This document shows positions 10,060 through 20,304 of a stretch of DNA of 64,000 nt, in pieces. Numbering within the stretch: position 1 is the stretch's first letter; every line of letters starts with the position of its first letter. Source of the stretch: an uncultured Pelagibacteraceae bacterium (lineage in GTDB: Bacteria > Pseudomonadota > Alphaproteobacteria > Pelagibacterales > Pelagibacteraceae); NCBI GenBank assembly GCA_902576815.1, contig CACGWQ010000005.1, forward strand, positions 887 to 64,886, read 5' to 3'. The position numbers and the translations under genes are program-made. The notes beneath the pieces were generated by a model, which saw only the letters and a list, made by a program, of their open reading frames with translations, did no database searches and was not told the DNA's origin.

Positions 10060-11472
10060 TTATTCCGATAATTCTGGTTTAAATTTTGAAAAGTTAAAAA
10101 TTTCTTCATAAGATTTGGCAAAGTTAATTAGTTTATTATCTTCTTTAACATTTGCTATAATCTGCATTCCCATTGGTAGCCCTTTATTATTAAAACCAAC
10201 TGGAATAGATATAGTTGGCAAACCAAGCAAACTTGATAATGTATAGACTTCCATATATCTATGATAAGTATCAATTTTATTGTTATTGATAAATTCTGGA
10301 TTGTTTAGGTTCTTTTCAAAAGGAAATAGTTGAGCCGATGGTAATGCTAAAAAATCGTAATGTTTAAATAGGTTTTGTATTTTATCCATATATTTATTTC
10401 TTATTTCTATTGCTTTTAAAACATCGTTTGTTTTGATGCTTTTCCCTTTTTCATATTCCCAATATGCTTGGGAAGGTAATTCATTTAAATTTTTTAAATT
10501 ATATAACAAAAAGTTTTCATACAAAAATTTGGCTCTTAATATTATCCAAGAATACCACAATTCTTCTGAATTAATTTCAGTTTTTAAATCTTCAATATTT
10601 AAATTATTTGACTGTAATTTTTTTAAAATATTTTCACATAAGTCTATAATTCCATCTTCATACTTATATTGTTCGTTTAGATCAATGCACCATCCAATTT
10701 TTAAATCTGAAAGTTTTTTAATATTTATAACTTCAAGATCGAAAGATAATTTATCCTTTACATTCTTCCCTTTTATATAGTTAAATAAAAATTCCATGTC
10801 ATTAGGAGTCCTAGCAAAACATCCAGTTGTAGATATTAAAGGAAAATCTTTTAAATTTTTAATTTCAAATCTATCTTCTGCAATCGCACCTGGTGTTGGT
10901 CTTAATCCATAAATATTTGCAAATGCTGCTGGGTTTCTACAAGATCCCATCATATCTGTGCCATCTGCAAAAGGAATTAAATTTGCCGCAACAGCTGCTG
11001 CTGCACCACCAGAAGACCCTCCCGCTGACTTACTATGGTCATAAACATTTGAAGTTGCTCCATAAACTCTGTTAGTAGTATGACAACCAACAGCAAATTC
11101 AGAGAGATTTGTTTTACCAATTAAAATTGTGTTTTTTCTATAATTATCTACTAATAAAGAGTCCTGTTTTGGGATATTTTTTAATAACTCTTTATATCCA
11201 TAACAAGTTACCTCATTTTTAATATCAAATAATTCTTTAACAGCAATTGGAAGTCCATAAATATCATCTTTGTCATTATCACTATTAAAATTTTCATCTT
11301 TTAATTTTGCTTCTTCAGTAATTTTTGTTTCATCTATATGTGAAATAATAGCATTTAATTTTGGGTTGAATTTTTTTATTCTATCTAAATAGAAATTTAT
11401 TACCTCTGCAATTTTAATTTCCCTATCTTTAATTTTTGAAATTATTTGATGGACAGAAAAATTCTCAAGCAC
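10060..11472 (-). CDS. Amidase signature family protein
   Basis: GLPIAVKE, GKTNLSEFA, GGSSGGAAAAVA, GTDMMGSCRNPA (Ser-cisSer-Lys triad region). Confidence 0.9.
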   Translation of the reverse strand: MLENFSVHQIISKIKDREIKIAEVINFYLDRIKKFNPKLNAIISHIDETKITEEAKLKDENFNSDNDKDDIYGLPIAVKELFDIKNEVTCYGYKELLKNIPKQDSLLVDNYRKNTILIGKTNLSEFAVGCHTTNRVYGATSNVYDHSKSAGGSSGGAAAAVAANLIPFADGTDMMGSCRNPAAFANIYGLRPTPGAIAEDRFEIKNLKDFPLISTTGCFARTPNDMEFLFNYIKGKNVKDKLSFDLEVINIKKLSDLKIGWCIDLNEQYKYEDGIIDLCENILKKLQSNNLNIEDLKTEINSEELWYSWIILRAKFLYENFLLYNLKNLNELPSQAYWEYEKGKSIKTNDVLKAIEIRNKYMDKIQNLFKHYDFLALPSAQLFPFEKNLNNPEFINNNKIDTYHRYMEVYTLSSLLGLPTISIPVGFNNKGLPMGMQIIANVKEDNKLINFAKSYEEIFNFSKFKPELSE

Positions 11473-11482
11473 TTAATTAAAC

Positions 11483-12673
11483 CTATCTTGCTTGTCTAAT
11501 ACTCTCTAAAACTAAAGTCTTGACCTCGTCTAATGATGCCTTTTTAGGATTTTGTCCATAAGCTTGATCTAGCATTGATTTCTTTGCTATTCTCTCCTGG
11601 CAATCTTCTGGTACTCCCAATTCATTTAATCCTTTAGGGATTTTTAATTTATCTAGAATTATATTTAAGTTGTCTTGAAAACTTTCAATTGAATGATTTT
11701 CAAACTGCATAGCCTCTGACATTCTTTTAACTTTTTCTTCTAATCCAGGCAAATTATATTTCATGACTGCAGGAAGTATAATTGCATTAGTCAATCCATG
11801 ATGAGTATTATATTCAGCTCCAACCATATGTGAAATTGCATGAACTAAACCTAGGCCTTTTAAGAAAGCTATTCCGCCCAAATAAGATCCTATGATCATT
11901 CCTCCTCTAGCTAAAAGATTATCGGGTTCTTCCACAGCTGAATAAAGTGATTTTGAAATTAAATTTAAACTTTCTAATGCAGAACCATCACAAAGTGGAT
12001 GAAACATAGGAACACTATAACCTTCAATTGCATGTATCATTGCATCTATACCTGTCCAAGCAGTAAGATTTGCTGGTAATTTTAAAGTTAGCTCTGGATC
12101 TACTAAAGCTAAACATGGTCGGGCATCTGGATGCCATAAACAAAACTTCATTCCTTTTTCAAGATGAGTAACCATAGCTGTAACTTCTGTTTCAGCACCA
12201 GTTCCTGCTGTAGTTGGAATAGTAATTATTTTTGGAAAAGGATTTTCCATAGTTAATTTTGGTGGCTCTTTTTCAAATTCAAAATCCCATAACGGTACTC
12301 CGCTATTAACTGTAAGAGAAATTGCTTTGCCTCCATCCATTGCACTTCCACCGCCTATTGCAATTATTGCATCATGATTGCCTTCACGAAATTTTTTACA
12401 TCCAGAATCTATTTCATCATCTCTAGGATTTGGCGATATATTTGAATAAATATCTGATTTAATTTTTGAATCATTAAGCAAATTTTGTAAGTCACTTATA
12501 AATGATAAATTTACACTACCACTATCAGTAACGATTAATGCGTTATTTATTTTAAAATTTTTACAAAAATTTCCAATTTCTTTAAATCTTCCAGGACCAT
12601 AAGCTGTAAAAGTTGGAAATGTCCAATCCTGATTATTTAATAAAAATTCTTCATTGAGCTTAAAATTTTGCAT
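11483..12673 (-). CDS. Iron-containing alcohol dehydrogenase
   Basis: GGGSAMDGGK, IPTTAGTGAE, DAMIHAIE, HAISH, HHG metal ligands. Confidence 0.9.
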   Translation of the reverse strand: MQNFKLNEEFLLNNQDWTFPTFTAYGPGRFKEIGNFCKNFKINNALIVTDSGSVNLSFISDLQNLLNDSKIKSDIYSNISPNPRDDEIDSGCKKFREGNHDAIIAIGGGSAMDGGKAISLTVNSGVPLWDFEFEKEPPKLTMENPFPKIITIPTTAGTGAETEVTAMVTHLEKGMKFCLWHPDARPCLALVDPELTLKLPANLTAWTGIDAMIHAIEGYSVPMFHPLCDGSALESLNLISKSLYSAVEEPDNLLARGGMIIGSYLGGIAFLKGLGLVHAISHMVGAEYNTHHGLTNAIILPAVMKYNLPGLEEKVKRMSEAMQFENHSIESFQDNLNIILDKLKIPKGLNELGVPEDCQERIAKKSMLDQAYGQNPKKASLDEVKTLVLESIRQAR

Positions 12674-12711
12674 AATATTTTAAAAACTTATACTAATTTC
12701 AATATTATTAA

Positions 12712-13644
12712 ATGAAAATTTCATCCGAAAAAACAGATCTAAAAAAAACATATTTAGCAATTGCTACAATGCTCTTAGCAATTTTGTGTATAGATCTTTA
12801 CATGGTTATTATTAAATTTTTAGGTGATGAATACTCAATAATTCAATTAACTTTATTTAGAAATGTAGCAGCAATTATACCTTTGCTATTATTGATCTTA
12901 TTCACAAATGAATTTTCAACAATATTTAAAAACATAGGAAATAAGTTTTTGATATTGAGTTGCTTGAGAGGAATATGTTTTCTTTCTATGAATGTATTTA
13001 TTTTTATTTCGGTAGTAAATCTGGAGTTTGCAACTGCAATGACGCTAACCTTTTCGTCACCTTTCTTCATAGTAATACTATCAATAATTTTATTGAGTGA
13101 AAAAATTGGTATTTATAGATGGTCAGCAGTTATAATCGGTTTTGTTGGTGTAGTTATGATAATGAAACCAACAAGTGAAATTTTTAGTTTATACTCAATC
13201 TTTCCAATTTTAACCGCTATAGCATGGGCTTTCACAGTCATAATTTTAAAATTCATTCAAGGCAATCATTCAACTGCTAAAATTCAATTATACACGTTAA
13301 TATTTAATGTCATTGGTGGTTTAATATTATTTTTTGTTACTACAGGACATGTTGAAATTAAGAATTTTAAAGATTTTATTTTGATGACAATGACTGGGGT
13401 TTTGGGTGGTACAGCAGCAATATTATTTATTTACTCTTACCGTTTAATTTCAGCAAGTAAAATTGCTTCATTTGAGTATCTTGGTATACCATCATCTTTT
13501 ATTCTTGGTTGGATTTTCTTTAATGAAGCTCCATGGGGACAGCTATTTCCTGGAGTGATAGTAATTATTTTTGCTGGTATGATTATTATATGGAGAGATA
13601 ATGTTAAAAAGAAATCAATAGAGGGTAATAAGCAAATTTATTGA
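12712..13644 (+). CDS. DMT/EamA family transporter
   Basis: 10-TM pattern, LSEKIGIYRWSAVIIGFVGV. Confidence 0.85.
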   Translation: MKISSEKTDLKKTYLAIATMLLAILCIDLYMVIIKFLGDEYSIIQLTLFRNVAAIIPLLLLILFTNEFSTIFKNIGNKFLILSCLRGICFLSMNVFIFISVVNLEFATAMTLTFSSPFFIVILSIILLSEKIGIYRWSAVIIGFVGVVMIMKPTSEIFSLYSIFPILTAIAWAFTVIILKFIQGNHSTAKIQLYTLIFNVIGGLILFFVTTGHVEIKNFKDFILMTMTGVLGGTAAILFIYSYRLISASKIASFEYLGIPSSFILGWIFFNEAPWGQLFPGVIVIIFAGMIIIWRDNVKKKSIEGNKQIY

Positions 13645-14684
13645 TTTGATCTCATTGATTTCATGACTATTACTCTATCTATTTCACCTAATAGCTTTCC
13701 ACTTTCGTTACAAACTACTGGATAAGTTTTATCATTATCAATTAGCCTATCTATTAAATTTTCAATTTTAGAATTATCTAAAATATTATCTTTTCCATTC
13801 TCAAATAAATTTTTTGTTTCATTGCAGCATTCTGTTCTCATGACTTTGCCTGCACTTAATACTTTATATTTAGGAACATCTTCGCAAAAATCTTTAACAT
13901 ATTGATCTTTTGGATTAGATACAATTTCTTCAGGTGTGCCAACTTGAGAAACTTCTCCATCTTTCATAATTGCTATGTGATCTCCCATTTTAATTGCCTC
14001 TAAAAAATCGTGAGTTATAAATACCATAGTTTTTTGGAGCTTCTCTTGGATCTTTAAAAGCTCATCTTGCATTTCTCTTCTAATCAAAGGATCCAAAGCT
14101 GAAAAAGGTTCATCAAAAATTAATATTTCAGGATCCACAGCTAACGCTCTTGCAAGTCCTACCCTTTGCTGCATACCTCCAGATAATTCTCTTGGATAAT
14201 TATTATGCCAACCATCTAAGCCAACCATTTTTAAAACTTCCATTGACTTATCTGTTCTTATATCTTTTTTTGTTCCCCTTACTTCTAATCCATAACCAAT
14301 ATTTTCTAGGACTGTTCTATGAGGAAATAAACCAAAATGTTGGAAAACCATGCTCATTTTATTTCTTCTTAATTCTAATAATTCACTTGCGCTCATTTTT
14401 GTAACTTCAACATCATCCATTTTCACCATGCCAGCTGTTGGTTCAATCAATCTCGAAATACATCTAACTAGTGTTGATTTTCCACTACCAGATAATCCCA
14501 TTACAACAAATGTTTCACCTTTTTGAATTGAGAAACTGACATCTTTAACAGCAACAACATGCCCAGTCTTTTCTTGAACTTCCTTAATACTTAAATTTTT
14601 ATCAAGGTTTTTAATAATTCTTTTTTCGTCGGGTCCAAATAACTTCCATATATTTGTACAAGTGATTTTTTGTTCTAAGGCCAT
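13638..14684 (-). CDS. Glycine betaine/proline (ProV/OpuAA) family ABC ATPase, copy 1
   Basis: MGLSGSGKST, SMVFQHFGLFPHRTV, LSGGMQQRVGLARALA, DEPFSALDPLIRREMQ. Confidence 0.9.
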   Translation of the reverse strand: MALEQKITCTNIWKLFGPDEKRIIKNLDKNLSIKEVQEKTGHVVAVKDVSFSIQKGETFVVMGLSGSGKSTLVRCISRLIEPTAGMVKMDDVEVTKMSASELLELRRNKMSMVFQHFGLFPHRTVLENIGYGLEVRGTKKDIRTDKSMEVLKMVGLDGWHNNYPRELSGGMQQRVGLARALAVDPEILIFDEPFSALDPLIRREMQDELLKIQEKLQKTMVFITHDFLEAIKMGDHIAIMKDGEVSQVGTPEEIVSNPKDQYVKDFCEDVPKYKVLSAGKVMRTECCNETKNLFENGKDNILDNSKIENLIDRLIDNDKTYPVVCNESGKLLGEIDRVIVMKSMRSNQ

Positions 14685-14761
14685 TTTTAATAAATAATAT
14701 TACCCCAAAAATAGACAATATTTTACTTTAAATGTAAAATTATTTATTTTAACTTGCTAAC

Positions 14762-16876
14762 ATGGCTACTAGAACTGATTTAATAGATAAATCAAATCAA
14801 TCAAAAAACATAATAACTTATGTAATTATTGGAGTTGTTTTTTTGGTAGCTCTGTGGCTATCGACTCAAAATGAAGGGCCTTCAAAATTTCCTAAAGAAG
14901 TCACTGATAAATTTACATTTACAGCTTGGGTGAATGATGGAGAAGATTATTTAAAAAAAAATTACAGATGGGTAACTAAACTTATAGCAAGCTATATAAA
15001 AGAAACTTATTATTTTTTAGAAGACTTTTTACTAGAGTCTCCTTGGATTTTGATAGCTGCAATAATTGTTATACCCTGCATAATTGCAGGTGGTTTGCGA
15101 TTAGGAATTTATTCTTCCTTTGTAGTTTATTTTTGGGGAGCAACAGGAATGTGGGAACCATCCTTGCAAACAGTGGCATTAATGGGTTTATCAGTTTTAT
15201 TATGTGTGTTTTTTGGATTTATACTGGGTGTCTTGTGTTCACAAAGTAATAGATTTGAAAATTTTATGAAGCCAGTCTTAGATACTATGCAGGTAATGCC
15301 AGCATTTGTGTATTTGTTCCCAGCATTATTTTTTTTTGGGATAGGGGGTGCACCAGCAATATTAGCTACAATGATATATGCAATGCCTCCAATAATAAGA
15401 TTGACAAACACTGGTATAAGACAAGTGCCAGCTCAAACTATTGAGTCTGCAACTTCCTTTGGTTCAAGTAAACTTCAATTGTTATTTAAAATTAAAATTC
15501 CATTATCTTTACCAAGTATAATGATGGGTATTAACCAGGTAATAATGATGGCATTAGCGTTAGTGGTTCTTGCATGTTTTATAGGTGCTGAAGGTATTGG
15601 TGGTCAAGTTTGGCAAGCAATAAGAAGATTGGATGTTGGTTGGGCAATGGAAGGTGGGTTATGCATTTTATTTATGGCGATAATGTTTGATAGATTTAGT
15701 TTAGCGTTTAGTAAAAATAAAGAAAGGCTTCCTTCAGATGTACAAAGATTTTACTTGCTTCCTCAAAGTTGGGAAAAATACCAAATCGCAAAAATTTTAG
15801 AAATGCCACTAAGTTTTGGAAATAAGATTTTAAAAAGTATATGTCAAACAGTTACATCTGCTATAGCAGTAGTATTTAGAATCTTAATTTCGGTTTTTAA
15901 TAAATCTACAGCGGAAAACATTGGTGAATTTATTAGTAAAAGATTTTATGTTATTCCTTATTTTCTAGTTTTATTTCTAATTGCATTTATAGATCATTAC
16001 TTTTTAGAAATTGGAACATTTCCAAAAGAATGGAAATTATCGATAAGACAACCAATTACTAATGCAGTGGAAAGCCTGACTGTAAATCCAGGATTTATTT
16101 CTTTTGCAAAAGGTTTAAGAGCTTTTGTTTATTTAAATTTGTTAAGACCTTTAGATGTTTTTCTAACCCAAATACCTTGGTGGTATACATTGGCAGTATT
16201 TGCAGCTTTGGGTTATATAACTGTTGGAATAAGATTTGCAATAATTACTGCAGTCCTTCTTCTATTTATTGGTGCATGTGGAATATGGACTCAATCAATG
16301 ATAACTTTATCGTCAGTACTTGTGTCAGTTGTGCTATGTTTTGTTATAGGAGTTCCTCTTGGAATAATTGCATCTTACAATGAAAGATTTAGAAATATTC
16401 AAAACGTTGTGTTAGATGCAATGCAAACACTTCCTTATTTCTGTTATTTAATTCCTGTTCTAATGTTTTTTGGAGGTGGAACAGTTTCAGCTGTTCTTGC
16501 AACTGTAATATATTCAATTCCACCAATAATTAGATTAACATCACTAGGTTTAACACAGGTTTCTGGTACTTACTCTGAAGTATCAAGATCATTTGGTGGA
16601 ACACTTATTCAAACATTAAATAAAGTCAAATTCCCATTAGCTGTTCCAAGTTTAGTTATTGGATTTAATCAGACTGTAATTATGGCTTTTGCTATGCAAA
16701 TAGTTACACCGCTTATTGGTGGTAAGGGCTTGGGTTTAGAGGTATTTAATGGTCTAGCAAGGTCCGATACTGGTAGAGGTCTAGCGGCAGGGATTGGAAT
16801 TGTACTGTTAGCTATAATCATCGATAGAATTACACTTGCATATACAAAGAAACAAAGAGAAGCCTTGGGTTTATAA
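14762..16876 (+). CDS. ProW-type ABC permease with two fused permease domains
   Basis: The ProW motif set (PVLDTMQVMPAFVYL...PPIIRLT / VLDAMQTLPYFCYL...PPIIRLT) occurs twice in 704 aa. Confidence 0.9.
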   Translation: MATRTDLIDKSNQSKNIITYVIIGVVFLVALWLSTQNEGPSKFPKEVTDKFTFTAWVNDGEDYLKKNYRWVTKLIASYIKETYYFLEDFLLESPWILIAAIIVIPCIIAGGLRLGIYSSFVVYFWGATGMWEPSLQTVALMGLSVLLCVFFGFILGVLCSQSNRFENFMKPVLDTMQVMPAFVYLFPALFFFGIGGAPAILATMIYAMPPIIRLTNTGIRQVPAQTIESATSFGSSKLQLLFKIKIPLSLPSIMMGINQVIMMALALVVLACFIGAEGIGGQVWQAIRRLDVGWAMEGGLCILFMAIMFDRFSLAFSKNKERLPSDVQRFYLLPQSWEKYQIAKILEMPLSFGNKILKSICQTVTSAIAVVFRILISVFNKSTAENIGEFISKRFYVIPYFLVLFLIAFIDHYFLEIGTFPKEWKLSIRQPITNAVESLTVNPGFISFAKGLRAFVYLNLLRPLDVFLTQIPWWYTLAVFAALGYITVGIRFAIITAVLLLFIGACGIWTQSMITLSSVLVSVVLCFVIGVPLGIIASYNERFRNIQNVVLDAMQTLPYFCYLIPVLMFFGGGTVSAVLATVIYSIPPIIRLTSLGLTQVSGTYSEVSRSFGGTLIQTLNKVKFPLAVPSLVIGFNQTVIMAFAMQIVTPLIGGKGLGLEVFNGLARSDTGRGLAAGIGIVLLAIIIDRITLAYTKKQREALGL

Positions 16877-16967
16877 ACCAATAAAATAGTGGTGATTTGC
16901 AAGGTTTACAGACAGTTATAATTTGTTCTAAAATAGGACTTTAATTAATTAAAAAGAGAGGAAGTAA

Positions 16968-17978
16968 ATGAAGTTATCAAAGAAAATATCAACACTTATT
17001 CTTTCTGTAGTGTTGCTAATTGGATCTTTTGGTCATGCCAATGCTGCCAAAAGACTTCATGCGGCTATAGCAGATTGGACTGGTGGGATAATTACATGTG
17101 AAGTTGCAGTTGCAATCCTTGAAAGAGAAATGGGATATAAAGTTAAACAAACAGTATTCCCATCTGGAACTGGATTATGGGAAGCTATTGCTGCTGGAGA
17201 ACTAGATTTTGCATGTGAAAGTTGGCCAAGTTATGCTGAAGCTGATTCTGTAATGTTAAAAGAAGACCTAATATACGAAGGTAAAGTCGTTGGAACATAC
17301 AACGGTGATGGAAGTGTAGATCTTTTAGGAACATCTGGAATAATTGGTTTATCTGATTATTGGATACCTAGATATGCAGCAGAGGAACTTGGCATAAAAA
17401 CTTGGAAAGATTTAAACAAACATAAAGCAAAATTTGCAACTATTGAAAGTGGTAAGAGAGGTAGACTAATTGGATGTCCGGTTGCAGGTTGGAACTGTCA
17501 TGACCAAAAAAGACTTGATCTCTTAGGAATAGACTTCCAAGCTGACGAACTTGGAACAGAAGCTGCTGCTATCGCAGAAGCAAAAGCTGCTTACATGCGA
17601 AAAGAACCATTCCTACTTTATCTATGGTCTCCGCATTGGTTCTTTGGAGAGTTTGATATGGTTGGAGTGCAACTACCTGAACATAAAGTTTGTGATCCAG
17701 ATACGTTCACAGAAGCAGGAAACTGGAAAGATTGTGGAACAAAAGGATGGCCAGCAACTGGTTGGGCTAAAGATTACACGATGAACTACGGTAACCCAGC
17801 TACTTTTGCTAGTGCAGAACATGCTGATGCTAAGAAGTTCTTTGAAAAAATGTCTTTACAAAATATTGACCAAGCTAAAATGTTAGTTGAAGTTGATATT
17901 AAGAAAAGAGATGTAAAAGAAGTTGTTAATGAGTGGTTAGACAATAATCCAGATAAATGGAAAAGTTGGCTTCCATAA
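16968..17978 (+). CDS. ProX/OpuAC-family quaternary-amine substrate-binding protein
   Basis: Signal peptide, DWTG, ESWP, GRLIGCPVAGW, YLWSPHW; GAGGA RBS. Confidence 0.85.
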   Translation: MKLSKKISTLILSVVLLIGSFGHANAAKRLHAAIADWTGGIITCEVAVAILEREMGYKVKQTVFPSGTGLWEAIAAGELDFACESWPSYAEADSVMLKEDLIYEGKVVGTYNGDGSVDLLGTSGIIGLSDYWIPRYAAEELGIKTWKDLNKHKAKFATIESGKRGRLIGCPVAGWNCHDQKRLDLLGIDFQADELGTEAAAIAEAKAAYMRKEPFLLYLWSPHWFFGEFDMVGVQLPEHKVCDPDTFTEAGNWKDCGTKGWPATGWAKDYTMNYGNPATFASAEHADAKKFFEKMSLQNIDQAKMLVEVDIKKRDVKEVVNEWLDNNPDKWKSWLP

Positions 17979-18000
17979 TAACTTTAAAATAAATTAGATA

Positions 18001-18033
18001 AAAAGGGCTTTGATTTTCAAAGCCCTTTTTTTT
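18001..18033. terminator. Bidirectional rho-independent terminator
   Basis: aaaagggctttga-ttt-tcaaagccctttt hairpin with A/T tracts on both sides, between convergent genes. Confidence 0.88.
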
Positions 18034-19157
18034 TATTTCTTAAGATAATTTAATCTACCCACAATTTCATCTCTATCCATGTAATAACCTTGTAGGTGTC
18101 TGTGTCCAGAATTTGGATCAAATTCAGTTCTTCCATGAAGCACTCTTCTATTATTGAATGTATATATATCTCCTGGTCTTAGCCTAAATTTTATTTGAAA
18201 TTTGTCATCGTGTAAAAGTTTCCCAAATTTATGATGAGATTTATAAACTTTATCCATTTGTTCTGGGTGACAATCTAATGCATCCATGGTTGCAGTACTA
18301 AATCTAACATCATTATAATCACCATCTTTTGTTAGACTAATTGCAGTGCCATAAAAGCTTCTGTGAGCTTCTTGAGTGTAATCTTTGTCTCTAAACTTTA
18401 AAGGAATTTTTGTTAGCGTATCAAAAGTATCTCTGTCGTTATTCTTTAAATATTCTGCAACAGCGAATGCATCTACTGCTGATGAGTCACCTCCTTTTGC
18501 AGAATTAACTAAACAATGCAAAAATTGATACCCTGGAGGATTTTCAAACCATGGTAAATCCATATGATTTTGAAGTGCATGAGCTGTATAAGCTGAGTTA
18601 TTCGGTTTTGGTATATTTATAACTTCAAAAGGTGTTTTAAAAAATGTCTCTCTTGTGTGGCTAATTCTATTTAAAACAGGAAACGCAGAATTTTTTTCTA
18701 CTGGAGCATTATAAACTATGGCTATTCCTTTATAATGAAGAAGTTCTAACCATTTTATTAATCCCTGTTCAGAAGATATTATTTCATTATGATCTATGTA
18801 TATACTATCAATATTTTTTTCTAAACTGCCATCCCACAATTGATAAGGTGATTTGTATTCTTCGTTATTTTTTATTGTGTAGCAATTTTCTCTAAGCCAA
18901 TTAATATCATAATGGCTTACATGATTTCCCTCACTCCACTCTATTTCTAATTCACCATCATTATTAAGATTATATTTTTTTGGGTTTATATTTTCTGACA
19001 CATCTAAAATATTAAACATTCGATGCCTAGAATCTTTATCGTGTGCTGTTGGACAATTATCTCTCAGCCACATATAATTAAATTTACTTTCTTTCCCGTC
19101 ATCCCAAATTACTTGGAGATAAGTCCCATTTTTTGAGATTTTTGAAATTGAGTGCAT
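18033..19157 (-). CDS. Gamma-butyrobetaine dioxygenase-like Fe(II)/2-oxoglutarate enzyme (BBOX/TauD fold)
   Basis: N-terminal WLRDNC (GBBH_N domain), NSAYT, HMDLP...QFLHC, NRRVLHGR, RHLQGYYMDRDE. Confidence 0.85.
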   Translation of the reverse strand: MHSISKISKNGTYLQVIWDDGKESKFNYMWLRDNCPTAHDKDSRHRMFNILDVSENINPKKYNLNNDGELEIEWSEGNHVSHYDINWLRENCYTIKNNEEYKSPYQLWDGSLEKNIDSIYIDHNEIISSEQGLIKWLELLHYKGIAIVYNAPVEKNSAFPVLNRISHTRETFFKTPFEVINIPKPNNSAYTAHALQNHMDLPWFENPPGYQFLHCLVNSAKGGDSSAVDAFAVAEYLKNNDRDTFDTLTKIPLKFRDKDYTQEAHRSFYGTAISLTKDGDYNDVRFSTATMDALDCHPEQMDKVYKSHHKFGKLLHDDKFQIKFRLRPGDIYTFNNRRVLHGRTEFDPNSGHRHLQGYYMDRDEIVGRLNYLKK

Positions 19158-19274
19158 AAATAATGATTATATAAAATAATTCACATTTCAATTCAATTAA
19201 TAGTTGACTTAATATTTTTTGAGAGATTTATTAGCGTTAAGTTATTTGTTAAGATAACAACTAAGTTTGTTCGA

Positions 19275-20300
19275 ATGTCTAAAATTGAAATAAATAATGT
19301 ATTTAAAATATTTGGTCCAAAACCATCCAGTGTTTTGCAGATGGTCAAAGATGGTTTAAGTAAGGAAGAAATTTTAGAAAAAACAGGTCACACAGTTGGA
19401 CTAGACAATGTAACTCTAAAAATTAATGAAGGTGAAACATTTGTTTGTATGGGTTTATCGGGTTCAGGTAAATCAACTCTCATAAGACATTTAAATAGAT
19501 TAATAGATCCAACTGATGGTGAAATCCTAATTGAAGGAACTAATGTAATGAGCCTTAAAAAAGAAGAGCTAATTGATTTTAGACGACATAAAATGAGTAT
19601 GGTTTTTCAAAGGTTCGGTTTGTTTCCTCACAAAACAGTATTGCAAAATGTTGGGTATGGACTTGAAATGCAAGGTGTAGAGCTTGAAAAGAGAAACAAT
19701 GTATCTATGGAAAAAATAGAATCTGTTGGATTAACAGGTTTTGAAAATCAATTTCCAAATCAGTTATCTGGAGGTATGCAACAACGAGTTGGACTAGCAA
19801 GAGCATTGGCAACTGATACAGATATAATGTTAATGGATGAAGCTTTTTCAGCTTTAGATCCTTTAATTAGAAGTGATATGCAAAAACAGTTACTAGCTCT
19901 TCAATCGGAACTAAAAAAAACTATTGTATTTATTACTCATGACTTAGATGAGTCATTAAAGCTTGGTGATCATATTGGAATTCTTAATGCTGGCAAGCTT
20001 GTTCAAGTTGGAACCCCTGTAGATATTATTATGAATCCAGCTGATGATTATGTTGAAGCTTTTGTAAAGGATGTAAATAGAGCAAAAGTGATTAAAGCTA
20101 AAATTATAATGAAATCAATAAATGAAACAACTAATGAAGAAAAAAATAATCTTATTAAAATACATGAAGACCAGTTTATTGAGGAGTTTTTGCCACAAGT
20201 TGTTTGTAATAATGCCAATTGCGAGGTGGTTGATAAACAAGGAAATGTTAAAGGATATATCACTAATAAAGAGCTACAACACTCTTTGAGTAAATCTTAA
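19275..20300 (+). CDS. ProV/OpuAA family ABC ATPase, copy 2
   Basis: MGLSGSGKST, LSGGMQQRVGLARALA, DEAFSALDPLIR. Confidence 0.9.
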   Translation: MSKIEINNVFKIFGPKPSSVLQMVKDGLSKEEILEKTGHTVGLDNVTLKINEGETFVCMGLSGSGKSTLIRHLNRLIDPTDGEILIEGTNVMSLKKEELIDFRRHKMSMVFQRFGLFPHKTVLQNVGYGLEMQGVELEKRNNVSMEKIESVGLTGFENQFPNQLSGGMQQRVGLARALATDTDIMLMDEAFSALDPLIRSDMQKQLLALQSELKKTIVFITHDLDESLKLGDHIGILNAGKLVQVGTPVDIIMNPADDYVEAFVKDVNRAKVIKAKIIMKSINETTNEEKNNLIKIHEDQFIEEFLPQVVCNNANCEVVDKQGNVKGYITNKELQHSLSKS

Positions 20301-20304
20301 AATT

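Noticed and set aside
16889-16937. SAM-II-like start GTGGTGATTTG upstream of the ProX-family gene
   Set aside because: No CCAC partner for P1 and the TTGC/GCTAAA core is not matched; more likely promoter sequence (TTTACA-N18-TAAAAT)
16968-17978. TMAO-binding TmoX assignment
   Set aside because: Lacks the HNWSSQ and EDWWYP-type motifs I associate with TmoX; the context is carnitine/butyrobetaine
18033-19157. TmpA phosphonate hydroxylase assignment
   Set aside because: HMDLP and the C-terminal DRDE match BBOX better than TmpA (HTDNPY); kept only as an alternative in the HD-protein finding
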